Shown here: piece after piece, positions 19,292-32,584 of the stretch
How positions within the stretch are numbered: the first letter of the stretch is position 1
Layout of the letters: the number at the start of each line of letters is the position of its first letter
Assembly: GCA_900617105.1 (NCBI GenBank)
Contig: UYFQ01000562.1
Span: 1-64,000 of the forward strand
DNA length: 64,000 bases
Reading direction: 5' to 3'
Origin: Hydrurus foetidus
Lineage: Eukaryota
The notes under the pieces: generated by a model
Told to the model about the DNA's origin: nothing
Seen by the model: the letters and a program-made list of their open reading frames with translations, nothing else
The model's database searches: none
Translations under genes and position numbers: made by a program

Positions 19292-19886
19292 AGTGAGGGT
19301 TGAAGGAATGAGGGTTGCAACGAAGTAATCTTTTCTAAGGAAATTTGAATAGATTACTCAGATTCTGAAGATAACTTCCCAAGAAAAGTTTGAGAACTAC
19401 TGGAGATTTGAAGTAACTTACCGAGTATTGTTGCACAGTTGCAAGATTCTGGTGCTGCTTGAAGTAGATATACAGATTTTTCACAAAAAAAAGTCAACTT
19501 TTTCATGGGAAAAAAAATTTATTTTTTTCAACAAAAAATATTAAAAAATCAGTTTTTTTGGTAGAAAATTTCTACTGAATTTTTTTTGGTGCGATTTCAG
19601 TTAAAATAATCCGATTCACTAGAATCTGTTATTCCGTCAATATATTCCAGTAAGATAATATCTAAGATCTACGTATAACTAATCATCTCTATACGGTTGC
19701 GGTTTGGTGCGTTGCTGCATCGTCACATCGAAATCCACGTGTGTAGCTAGGCGCGTCCATGCATCCCTGAAAGCTGCCGACTTTGAGGCTGCACAAAAGC
19801 CTGTCAAAAGTCAAGAGTGTTCTCTAGGCAGTCCTTGCCTATTTAACCCAAAGTGCATAACTGTTTTCACCTTGTCTTAATCGGTT

Positions 19887-22800
19887 ATGAGTACTACCGT
19901 GAAGCATGCAGACTTGGATAAGATTGCCGAAGATTTAAAAAGTGCATCCCTCAGCTCGTCATCTCTTACACTTTCAACAGAGATCGCCGGAATGGCCTCT
20001 ACTACGGAGATAAAAAAAAGAGAAGCTGTAGACATTAGCAATTTGAGTGATAAGGAGGTAATGCAATTGCTACATGAGAAAGAGGTCCAGAAGATTCAGC
20101 ATCGACTAACAAAGCAAACTGCTAAGGACAATACAGAGCATGAGTATAAATTCTGGAACACTCAACCAGTTCCTGGCATAAAAGACAATTTTAGCGGAGC
20201 TTGTGGACCCGTAGATGAGGACACTGACTCCCTGAGAGTAAAACAGGAGCCTTACAACATGCCCAAAGGATTTGAATGGTGTTCTTTAGATATCAAAGAT
20301 CCTGGAGTTATTGCCGAAGTGTACTCTATGCTGTCGGAGAATTATGTGGAGGATGACGGATGCTTATTCCGATTACACTGTTCTGTCGAGTTTATTCAGT
20401 GGGCTTTGACCCCACCGGGGTACATCAAGGATTGGCATATCGGAGTAAGAAGTTCAGCCACAGGTTAGTATTTTAAAATGCATATTGAAAGCGGAACATG
20501 AGATGAGAAGAATACTTGCCATGAGATGTGATTTGAACTCGTCATTGACTGATTGGACAAGCAAACAATGGGGGACGTAGAATTAAGATACTGTCGCATC
20601 ACATCGCAATATCATTCTCAAAATCGTCATATTTTCCATATCAGGATCATTGATGGGCTTGATAACAGCTGTTCCTGCTCAGATAAGAATACACGATGAC
20701 GAATTAAAAATGGTGGAGATTAGTTTTCTGTGTGTTCATAAGAAACTCAGGTCAGCTATTTCTCTCCACAGAAATAAGCTACAAGATTCATTTTCGAGTC
20801 ATGAATGGAACGCACAAAAGTTAAAGTCGATATCATGCGAGCTGGCTTTACGTATTTAAATCTTATGACAAATCTAATTGGACGTTTGCAGATCTAAACG
20901 CCTCGTTCCTGTTCTGGTCAAGGAAATGATACGCAGAGTCAGTCTGACAGGAACATGGCAAGCTGCATACACCGCAGGTAATGTGCATTACTATTGTGCG
21001 TTTATCTCCGTACTGCGGCAGTCTTAATCGTTTAAGTTACACTTACATGCGTTTTCTAGTTAATCTTGTGTTGCTATATCAGCCCATATCAATTGACGCC
21101 ATTTGCAAACATTTTGATAACGCATCTCGTGTAATCTAATCCAACATGATCTCATAGCACCTCACAACATTTTATTCTATCACATGATCCCCATACTCCA
21201 CATCAACATTGCACTTCGATTTACTTCATTTCATTAATCTAATTCCACTTCATTTCATTAATCTAATTCCACTTCATTTCATTAATCTAATTCCACTTCA
21301 TTTCATTAATCTAATTCCACTTCATTTCATTAATCTAATTCCACTTCATTTCATTAATCTAATTCCACTTCATTTCATTAATCTAATTCCACTTCATTTC
21401 ATTAATCTAATTCCACTTCATTTCATTAATCTAATTCCACTTCATTTCATTAATCTAATTCCACTTCATTTCATTAATCTAATTCCACTTCATTTCATTA
21501 ATCTAATTCCACTTCATTTCATTAATCTAATTCCACTTCATTTCATTAATCTAATTCCACTTCATTTCATTAATCTAATTCCACTTCATTTCATTAATCT
21601 AATTCCACTTCATTTCATTAATCTAATTCCACTTCATTTCATTAATCTAATTCCACTTCATTTCATTAATCTAATTCCACTTCATTTCATTAATCTAATT
21701 CCACTTCATTTCATTAATCTCCACTTCATTTCATTAATCTAATTCCACTTCATTTCATTAATCTAATTCCACTTCATTTCATTAATCTTATTCCACTTCA
21801 TTTCATTAATCTAATTCCACTTCATTTCATTAATCTTATTCCACTTCATTTCATTAATCTTATTCCACTTCATTTCATTAATCTAATTCCACTTCATTTC
21901 ATTAATCTAATTCCACTTCATTTCATTAATCTAATTCCACTTCATTTCATTAATCTTATTCCACTTCATTTCATTAATCTAATTCCACTTCATTTCATTA
22001 ATCTAATTCCACTTCATTTCATTAATCTAATTCCACTTCATTTCATTAATCTAATTCCACTTCATTTCATTAATCTAATTCCACTTCATTTCATTAATCT
22101 AATTCCACTTCATTTCATTAATCTAATTCCACTTCATTTCATTAATCTTATTCCACTTCATTTCATTAATCTAATTCCACTTCATTTCATTAATCTAATT
22201 CCACTTCATTTCATTAATCCACTTCATTCTAAACTTCATTTCATTAATTCCACATTTAATTAATCTAATTCCACTTCATTTCATTAATCTAATTCCACTT
22301 CATTTCATTAATCTAATTTCACTTCATTTCATTAATCTAATTTTCATTTCATTAATCTAATTCCATTCATTTCATTAATCTAATTCCACTTCATTTCATT
22401 AATCTAATTCCACTTCATTTCATTAATCTAATTCCTCTTCATTTCATTAATCTAATTCCACTTCATTTCATTAATCTAATTCCACTTCATTTCATTATCT
22501 AATTCCACTTCATTATTAATCTAATTCCTTCATTTCATTAATCTAATTCCACTTCATTTCATTAATCTAATTCCACTTCATTTCATTAATCTAATTCCAC
22601 TTCATTTCATTAATCTAATTCCACTTCATTTCATTAATCTAATTCCACTTCATTTCATTAATCTAATTCCACTTCATTTCATTAATCTAATTCCACTTCA
22701 TTTCATTAATCTAATTCCACTTCATTTCATTAATCTAATTCCGCTTCATTTCATTAATCTAATTCCACTTCATTTCATTAATCTAATTCCACTTCATTTC

Positions 22801-25800
22801 ATTAATCTAATTCCACTTCATTTCATTAATCTAATTCCACTTCATTTCATTAATCTAATTCCACTTCATTTCATTAATCTAATTCCACTTCATTTCATTA
22901 ATCTAATTCCACTTCATTTCATTAATCTAATTCCACTTCATTTCATTAATCTAATTCCACTTCATTTCATTAATCTAATTCCACTTCATTTCATTAATCT
23001 AATTCCACTTCATTTCATTAATCTAATTCCACTTCATTTCATTAATCTAATTCCACTTCATTTAATTTTATTTATTTCACTTCATCCTTGGACCTCTAAC
23101 ATTACTTCGAAGGTGTGCTTCTTCCCAAGCCAGTTGCTAAGTGCCGCTACTGGCACAGATCACTAAACCCCAAAAAACTGATAGAGTGCAAGTTCTCAAC
23201 CGCTCCTCAGAAGACGACATTGGCTGCACTTATCAAACACGTACGTACGTTATTCTGTTTTGTCAAGTACTTACGAGATATTTAAACGAGGAGTTTTGAG
23301 TCATTCTTAATTTTTTTTCCGGTGGAGTATTGACAGGTAGGTCATATCGTGAAAGAAAATGGCGGAGTTAACGCTCATTTTCACTATTTCGCCTTCTCGT
23401 ATTTTGCATTATCTCTCGTGTTTCTTATGGTAGCAACACCTATGATCCGTCAACGCTGAACGACTTCTTCTTGAGATACAGACACTTCACATTGTCTGTG
23501 CATTCGAACAGTCGCATCCTCAACTCACCAACACCATTCACAGTATTCATTTCTCCTCAACTGCTCTTAGTTGAAACTTCCGGACCAGCCCGTTCACCCC
23601 TTAAGGAAAATCGAAATTGGGGACATGCCACAAGTACATAAACTGCTCACAGAATCGCTGAAAAAGTACGCTCAACTGAAGCTGTTTTACTGTTTCCGAC
23701 GCACCTTTGTTTTCTGGTATTCTGGTGGTATTGCGAGTGTGCGGATTGCACATGTATGCGATAGCGATAATTCAGTGGAGCCAATACGAAACGACTCGTG
23801 AATCAGACTAACTAGATTCGGCTATAATGTAGCAGATTAGACTGTACTGGATCGGATTAGACGACTGGAAAGAGTCTAGATAGTGCGGTGACGTGACATG
23901 CAAGTATGAGGAATTAGTACGCGATTCACTGCATTGACGAACTGGTTGAGCTTAATGCAAGACAGAATATGGTCCGTCAGTAAAGCACTTAAATCGCAAT
24001 ATTAAAAAACTCGAAATCACTGTTATCTCACGATATCAGTGATTTGAGTTTTACCGTTTGCGAACACCCGAAGGTCGTGGACGTGACCCACCCACCGGCT
24101 ACAAGTGAACGGCCAACCGATTTAAACAATCCGTTTGACGTGGCTGCTATTGAACTTCTCTTTTTTGTGTTCTACGTTAGTTCCACTGTGTTCCCAACGT
24201 TTCTATACTGATCTGTCTAGCTGCCTCTACAGCACTGTGTCTCGTTTGCCGCTCCTGTAAGACGTCGAAACTGCACTATCTGCGAATGTGCACTCCTTTA
24301 TCATCATCATCTAATTGTGCCCTTCAGACACGTATGTCTGGCAGTACAGTACTGACACGTGTCACTAGCATGAGTTGCTCACATGTTGTGTCAATCTCAG
24401 AGCGCTAATGTCAAAAACTTGTACATCGTATCGCCCACCCTACACCCCTTCAGCAAACCGCGCTCTCCTCCATCCCTCCCCTCTCATCCTCTCCTCCCCG
24501 AACCGCTCCATATCATCTCTCTCCTAACTATGACGCCCCATGACATGCCTCATGATGTGCCTCCCTTGTCATAATGTTAACACAGGCGGAAGCTGTGCGT
24601 TGTATTCAGTCTGGAGGAACTGGCGCACACACTGCTGTTCAGAGAGAAAGTAGTGGAGAGCTGGGTGCTGGAGGTGAGTGGAGTAGAGGGGAGGAGAGTA
24701 GAGTAGAGTAGAGTAGAGTAGAATACAGATAGAATAGAGGAGAGAGGAGAGGAAAGTCGAGATAGGAACAGGGAACGGAAGGGAAGGGCAATGGTGGATA
24801 TGAAGCGAGTTAGGGGTGTAGGTGTAGAGGGGTGAGTGGCAGTTGTGATCTCCACGTGTTTGCGTTTCAGCGATTACAAGCGTATGTGTGCGATTTGGTT
24901 CCATCTATGAGTAGTCATCTGTCGTTATTAGATGCCTAGCAGTTCCTGTGTACCATAGATTCGAGGAAGCCACACCCACTATCCGTGTATTTTTATCATA
25001 AAACATTTATTATAAAACATTTCCTACTGTTTTCACTTGCTTAGAACAGTTTGCTTAACTCCAGATAACCTCACACATCCATGCAACTCTCACTCTTGAC
25101 GCTTATATCACTCTCTCTTAAACGACCCAGACGAAAGGAGTAGTGACCGACTTTTGCTCGTACTACCACTCGCCCTCCAGAGTGTTTGGATGCGCCAATC
25201 ACACGTCACTGAGCGCTGTGTATTCCTACTACAATGTCGCCACCACAATCACAGACACGCAACTGATGAACGATGCGCTGATAATGGCGAAACTCTCAGG
25301 TACTCGATGCTGACTGAGAGGAGTGTGTTGTGCTTTGTTCGGTCTGAAAGCTGTGAGAGTCCTCTATGCTAAGATCAATTGCAGAGTGCAGACCGCTAAG
25401 ACACACAACACAATACCGATATTCACGACACCGTACTGCGCTGTACACTGCACTGCACTGCTCTATACAGCACATAACAGTTCATTACAGCACTCCGCCC
25501 TTCCTGTCCATCCATATTAGCCGTAGACTATGGACCGAAGGATTTGCTTCCCCCTTGAACAACCTCTTAAGGACAGCACAGCACTACACAATGTCTTTCT
25601 TTTCCTCTGACATATTATGATCTTTTTCTTCTTATTATCGATGCAAATCGCTTCGTGAAATAGCATGTCTCTCCCCTTCTCTACTCTCCCCCCTCTCCCC
25701 CCCTCCCTCCTTCCCTTCTATCTCCATAAACGCACCCACACCAACACCACATTTACACGCATTTACAGGAGTGGACGTCTTCAACGCTCTTGATTTGAAC

Positions 25801-25923
25801 GGGAACAGCGAAGTATTCCAGAACCTTCTATTCGGAGCTGGCTCTGGATATCTGCACTACTACCTGTTCAACTGGAAGTGCCCAGGGATTAGTCCCAGTG
25901 ATGTTGGACTGGTGCTGGTCTAG
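19887..25923 (+). CDS. NMT: Glycylpeptide N-tetradecanoyltransferase (N-myristoyltransferase), divergent, 8 exons
   Basis: Exons 19887-20463, 20645-20750, 20892-20977, 23113-23240, 23571-23665, 24586-24673, 25131-25299, 25769-25923. Motifs: [78 protein letters not shown]. Confidence 0.93.
21222..23062. repeat. 24-bp minisatellite (CACTTCATTTCATTAATCTAATTC)n, roughly 75 copies, in NMT intron 3
   Basis: Directly visible. The array has a degenerate block around 22215-22540 and gives the spurious LHFINLIP repeat ORF. Confidence 0.97.
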
Positions 25924-26377
25924 TCAAGTGGAGTATAGTAGTACAGACTGATGCAGATAGTCGCTAAGTGCATAGACTGACGCAGCCGTGGGCCGTGTTC
26001 AAAATAGCTATCATATTTTCTTTTATCGATTTAGACTTACATCACAGCGCTGCATAGTATCAGTATCAGTATCAGTAAGTATCTCAGACTAATACGAGTA
26101 GAAATGGACTCGACTCGACAAAGCTGAAGGCCGAACTTCGTCAGGGATATTAGTTAAGTTAGGATAGCTGAATTCCACTGATTAAAATAGGATTGGATTG
26201 GATTGGATCGGATCGGTAATAGCGTATGTGGTGTGCACCATACCCACAACGCACAGTCCTCACAGCATCTCAATTTTCAATTTGAGATTGTTTGACACCT
26301 CCAATGGTCACTACAGGCTGGTAGCGCCATGAAGCAGGAAATTTTTTCGTTTTGGTATTTCTTTTTTTCTGTCGAAC

Positions 26378-26686
26378 GGTTTCCCATTTGTGATAGCTCA
26401 AGAGAATCGAAATCATCTCTGCCACACACACCCACACACCACCCACGCTTTTCGCTTGTTTTCAAAATTCGCATTTCGTGAATTTTTATCATTTTTACCG
26501 AAAATAGCATGACTTTTTTCGAATCGACTTCGCTTTTTAAAAAAAAGTCGCACGGTTTCCTATTTGTGACAGCTCAAATGCGAAATCATCTCTGCTAGAC
26601 ACCATACACCCCCACGCTTTCCGCTTGTTCTCAAAATTCGTATTTCGTGAATTTTTACCATTTTAACCGAAAACAGCATGACTTTT
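26378..26686. repeat. Imperfect ~140-bp direct repeat pair in the NMT-helicase intergenic region
   Basis: CGGTTTCC.ATTTGTGA.AGCTCAA...CGAAATCATCTCTGC...TTTCGTGAATTTTTA...AGCATGACTTTT occurs at ~26378-26518 and again at ~26553-26686. Confidence 0.75.
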
Positions 26687-27449
26687 AAGCACTTTGGTGC
26701 AGAAAAATAATTTTCTCATTTCATTTAAATGCCAAGCAAACTGCACAGCCTCGTATAAACGTTTTTTCCACATCTTGCCATCCATTTAGTTTTTCCTGAA
26801 GTGCTCCAGAAAAAAACATGAAACAAGGAATTTTACGTTTCTTGGCGCTACCGTTGCCAGAATTAATCAGATATCATTACGCTTCGAGGTGGTTCCCGAT
26901 TTTTCCACTCTCTCTCTCACACACACGGTTTAGTCCTCTTGACTCCTCTTTGAAGCGAAGTAACAAACTGACGGAGAACATGGCGTCTATCGTCATTCAT
27001 CCGGACTAGTCAAGAGAGACAAATATTATTGATCTGTGATTTAAGAGCGTTACACTTCCAGTAATTTCAATTTGATTTCAAGTTCATGAGACACCTTGTG
27101 AAAGTAGAGTGATGAAACACAATCGATCCGTGATCTGGAAACGTAACATTTGAAGTAATTTCAATTTTAATTTTAATTTGAAGTTATTCATGCACGTCAA
27201 ATAATCAGAATAACCGCACTATGTGTCAGACCTGATCAACACTGACGGTCCGGTCCGTGTGGTGCCGTACTGCAGTGCACAAGACTAGACTGGACAACAG
27301 TACACTAGATTAGTCAGGACTTGATTATGTTAAACTATACAGACTAGAGATCACTAGCCTAGGTTAGGCTAAGGCTCGAGACAAGAACAGTACACCAAAG
27401 CAGACTATACTAGAATAGACAAGACTAGTCCAGACATCACTAAACTATT

Positions 27450-30400
27450 CTACACAGCTCTTTTGAATAGAGCGGGTGCGCATTCCATAAGCCACGATCC
27501 CTCCACAGCCGTTACGTTTCTCATGTACTGCTTGGACGTTATCAGCAACTCCGCGAACACGACATACTCAGGCAGCTTCCTTCCCGAAGGATTGGAGAAG
27601 AGCACACTAGAAGGGTGGATGTGCACTGGCTGGTTACCACGTACTGTACTGTACGGTGCTGCATTAGGATCGAGAAATATCTTCCCCGCTCTCTGGGTGT
27701 TGTTCAAATTTGAACTTGAAGTTGATGATGATTTCGAATGTTTGTTGCCCATCGCATCCTGTGTTGCAGCTCTCTTGGCGACATTCAAATACAGACCTAT
27801 GTAGTGAGGACGCAGAGACCAGAGAGAGTTTCTAGAGTTACAAGGACGCATTGATATGATGTCCCTTAACGCGTTGATGTCGCGTGGAATAAAGACACTG
27901 TAAGCGAATGACGTGTTCACAATAACACACACACCAACCATGCCCGATACCTGAACCTCTTCCTTCTATTACCGATTAAAAGACATCTGCTGCGCTATCA
28001 AACAAATCCCGATGATCTCATGTCATTGCACTTCATCTCCTAATCGTCTCGTCTCATCTCATCTCATTCTATTCTATTTCATTTCATTTCATCACATCAC
28101 ATCACATCACATAGCACTTTATTTCATCCTTTATCATCTCATCTCCTTCAAATTTAATCTCATCTCACCTGCGGTCAGGCACTTCAAGAACGGATCTTTT
28201 TCAGGAGCACAAGATCTCGTGACGTCCACCCCGACCTTCACCAGCAGCACGGATAGCTGGTTGCGTACGGACGTGGCGTTGTTCAAAGCCCTTTGGGACA
28301 GATAGTTCTGTGCTGCCCATGTGGGGTCCTTATTGGCCTGTGTGTGTGTGTGTGTGTTCGAAAGAGTGTAAGAGATTTAGAGTGTTTTCAATGTGAACGT
28401 ACATTAATACAGTATAATATGATACAGTAAAAGAGACAATATGTTCGATGGCAGTATGCTTTGATAGTCGTGAGAGACTATCGGTGATTATTATCTGCGA
28501 GTCCACTTGTATAAACGGTTACAATCGTTTCTACGAAGAATAGGAGTATAGGGTTACACATCATTGTACGTGCGACTTAAAGTACGGTACGGTATTGCAA
28601 TTCTGAGTTACAACAAACACTTAGAAAGCCAGCAGGCCAACGGATAAATATCCTCAACAATTGAATCATTTGATTGAACAAGGTTACATTACTACAATAT
28701 TGTATTGCTCTGTATTGTACCATAATGTTATGTATTGTATTGTATTGTATTGTATTGTAATGTATTATATTGTATCAAATTGCATTGTATTACACCATTT
28801 AGTAATGTACGGCATTGCACTGTATTGCAATGTATCATGATGCACCTTGTTCCACGCTTCATATATATTGATAAGCGTCAGTAGGTCCCCTTCTCTGCTG
28901 GCGAATCTTCGATGCGCCTGACCGGCTTTTCTTTTTTCTTCTTCCCTAAAGGGCTGCATAAACACCGTGTCTGAAGAGAGCAGAGAAACAGCTGTCATGA
29001 TTTCCACCACACACCTGACACACACAGAGAGGAGAAGTGAAGATAACAAAGCAGAGTAGAGTAGTCAAGAGTAGTGTAGCTGAAGTGGCTTCATATTGTC
29101 CTGTACAATCAGCAGAAATTGTTTGAGCATACTGTGATAGACTAACTAGATTATAGGATAGATGCATAGATAGAAACATATATACTATCAAGATTGAGGG
29201 CACCTCAGAATGACTGTTACACTCCAGTACAATATAAAGGGATAAGAATAATGGAATAATCTGAGAAGTTAAATAGACGTTTACAGGGAGGTAGCAAAGT
29301 CTGGAATGTGCGCACCCAAGTTCGTGAGATTTAATCAGTAGGTGTGCGAAGATCGGATCAAGAGGGAGAGAAGCCATTTTAGATCCATGACTTGAAAGGG
29401 ACTGATCCTGGGAGAATAATAGAGACGGAGAGATGTGGCATTAGAGAGAGAGGACTGGGTAGGAAGAGGAAAGATGGTTTAGAGGAGGAAAAGGAGAAAT
29501 GGAAGAGGTGGTGAGGAGCAGTACAGATGGAAGATGGAGAGGAAGACGGGAGGGAGGGGTTGGGGTAGGAAGAGTGTGTGTGTGCGGAAGAGTTAAAAGT
29601 GAGTGAAACCATTGAGATAAATATAAACGTTCATTAAGATTGACCGATGCAGAACAGTATTATCTCCATGATGTTTTTGAACTGTCAATCCTGCATCGGC
29701 ATCGATTGAATTGCTACTCAATGCACGCATCTTCACCATCTCGAACACTCTTACTGTGACTTCGAAAAGAGTTGAATCATTTTCAATGATGTAATTCTCC
29801 AAATATCTCACATTTATATTTCTCGCAGTCACACCTGGTTGAGAGCCCCTAGGAGATACAACATTTCCAGCGCCTTTTTCAGCACTGCAATGGAAGGAGG
29901 GGAGATGTAGGGGAAATCCATGGGTGATTTCACGCCTAGCACTTTCAGTTGTAGGACCACTTGGGCCACATTCACTCTCTGTATCTCCGGCACTGTGATG
30001 TGAGAGATTGCATTGTTATTTAAAATGTAGTGTAATGTTATCATGTAGATGATTGTAATGTAAAGTTATCAAATGGAAGACGGTATTGATGGATTTAATG
30101 TGATGTGATGAAATGTCATGGTACAGAACATTGTATTTTCTTGATGTAATCAACTGCATTACCACGGAGTTTACCAACAAGAAAATGAAGATAATTCAAA
30201 TGAGTTCCTGCGTAATAAATCAAATAATAAATACGAATATTATGAGATATTTATGATGCACACAACCCACAGTGTTCGACCAATTTGCAACAAGTGTAAG
30301 TATAAGCAGAATCTCAGCTATCAACCAATCAATATCAACAACGGAACTCCAACAAAAATCTAATCAACAATTGAGCCATTCATGAAATACAACAAAATGA

Positions 30401-32584
30401 ACTTACCGGACACAGCTTCTAATGCTTCGAAAGATTTCTCACAAAATAGTCTGTAACTCTTTCCTTCGCTTTCTCTCCCTGCCCTTCCAGCCCTCTGATT
30501 CGCTTGAGCGCGAGACACAGGAAGCACCTGAAGGGGAAATGGTAGGATGTGTTTGGTGCGAGATTCAGTTGAAAGAGTATTTCATTCTTTTTTCTTCTTT
30601 TTTCTAATACAAAAGCTGGAGTTTATCATGCATTGGACAGAAGTCTATAAATGAGACTGACAGATTGTACGTACACAGATAGAAACGATCTCATGTACTC
30701 GTCCTATGCAGACTCCAACAATGAGAGTAAGTGAAAGAGACATTACGATGATTAAACAAACATCTCTCTCGACTTCAACGTTTGAATAAAAATGGGTCAC
30801 GCAATAAATCACAACATAATATATAATAAATAATATGATATACAGAATGACCTCAATGGCTTGAAGGAATGAAAGTTCACTGCTAGGTGTCACCCAAAGG
30901 GAATTTGATTTAAACTCTGTTTTCTATTTACTCGCACCTTCAACATTTCGATTCCAGTGGCAGGTTGAATCAATCTGGTTTTTACAAACCCAGAGTCCAC
31001 GACATATTTAATGCCTGATATTGTTACAGACGTTTCTGCAATGTTTGTGGATAATACAAATTTTCGAACTCCAGGTGGACCAGGTGCAAAAGCACGCAAC
31101 TGAAAAAAAGAGAAAAGAGGAAAAAACAAAAAAGTGGAAAAATGAAACACATAATATTACGCTCCACAATGTAATGGAAATAGAAGTCTCAAGCATTGTC
31201 CAATATTGGCTCAATATTTTACCTGTTCATCAGGCGGCATCGCAGCGTACAGAGGGAGAATATCAAAATCCTTCAAAATGCCTTTCTTCACGATAATCCG
31301 GTCAGATCCGTGTTTATTTACACTGCTTTCCTTACTATCTCGCTCTTTACATTCCGACTGTATCACAGAGCCTTCCTCCATGTTCGTGTCTTCATATTGC
31401 TGACCGACGATATCTGGTAGGTTTTCTTCTAGAAGACTTTGCAATGCTTCGATGTCGTCTTGACCGGGTAAGAAGACCAGAACACCCCCCGGTTCCTAAG
31501 GAAAGTCAATGTTGGAACGGGTGAGAAACCCAAGTACGTATGATTTGAAATTAGAGATACCTCTGCTACATATAGTTAGCAAAATATAGGAAAGCTCTTT
31601 TCACGCAGGCGATGAGATGATTTGAGATTACCTCCTCCCCATGCAGTTGCAAACATGTGAGCATCGCTGCGTCTACGTAGTCGGGTTCGGGTTGTTCTGT
31701 GTACAGCACTTCCACTGCGAATTGACGTCCAGGAATCTGCACAAGCTGGGGTGACTTGAAGTACTTCGTGAATAAATCAATCTGTAATGTTGCAGACATG
31801 ATCACCAGTTTTAGTAGAGGATTCTTGTCTTGCAGCTGTCGCAGAAGACCCATCAGAATGTCTGTCTGCAGAGAACGTTCGTGAGCTTCATCGAGGATTA
31901 TCACACTGTAACCTTTCAAATCTGGATTACTCATGCATTCTCTCAGCAGTACACCGTCTTTATAGTGGAGCGTTTACCAGAAATATTTGAATGACGATAG
32001 TAGAACTCAGTGAGTTGCATGATAGTTAGAAAGTTCGCAGATATCATACGGATAAATCATGCGACACTCCGTTAATGAAAGTGCATTTCCAAGAAACAGA
32101 TGACTTGAAATTTGATAGAAGGGCAGTGAATATCACCTGTCACAAATTTGATCTTCGTTTTATTTGTCGTCCTATCTTCGAATCGTATACTATATCCAAC
32201 TTCTTCCCCAACAGCACAACCTCGTTCGGCTGCTACTCTCTGCGCGATTGTTACCGCTGCAACTCGACGCGGCTGCGTACATACTATACAGCCATCTTGA
32301 TTTTTACCGTGGAATTCGTCTGCAAGGTACTGTACCAGCTGAGTACTTTTACCAGATCCAGTCTCTCCAACTATAATTGTTGTGGGAAATTGTCTTACAC
32401 TTTCAACTAATTGAGCTCGTAGAGCAGCAATCGGCAATATAGAGGAGCTTTTGATACATGTAGTCGCCACTGGCTTCGGATAAGATTTTCTGGGAGGATT
32501 GGTTCCATCTATTTCCTTGGACGCATTTTTTCTCTTCTTGCTCGCGTTATTGCTGCAAATGATTTTGTTTTTCAAAGAATTCAT
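27450..32584 (-). CDS. DEAH-box RNA helicase, DHX33/Prp22-like, multi-exon
   Basis: Motifs in order: [60 protein letters not shown] (30470-30510), VPEIQR, HA2 region (MASLPLDP), EGDLLTL, and OB-like [16 protein letters not shown]. It has a short N-terminus with no RS or S1 domain. Confidence 0.92.

Larger units (their letters stand above)
14143..19689 (-). mobile_element. Mutator/MULE DNA transposon of ~5.5 kb
   Basis: Flanked by the direct repeat TCTATACGGTTG (14132-14143 and 19688-19699; TSD-like, core 9-12 bp). The imperfect subterminal inverted repeat TGAAATTGCACCAAATAAATTTCAGTA (14232-14258) matches the reverse complement of 19573-19599, and both copies lie 89 bp inside the direct repeats. 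Encodes a MULE transposase. Confidence 0.85.

Noticed and set aside
21209..21742. 177-aa (LHFINLIP)n ORF as a repeat protein
   Set aside because: It is the translation of a 24-bp minisatellite lying inside NMT intron 3.
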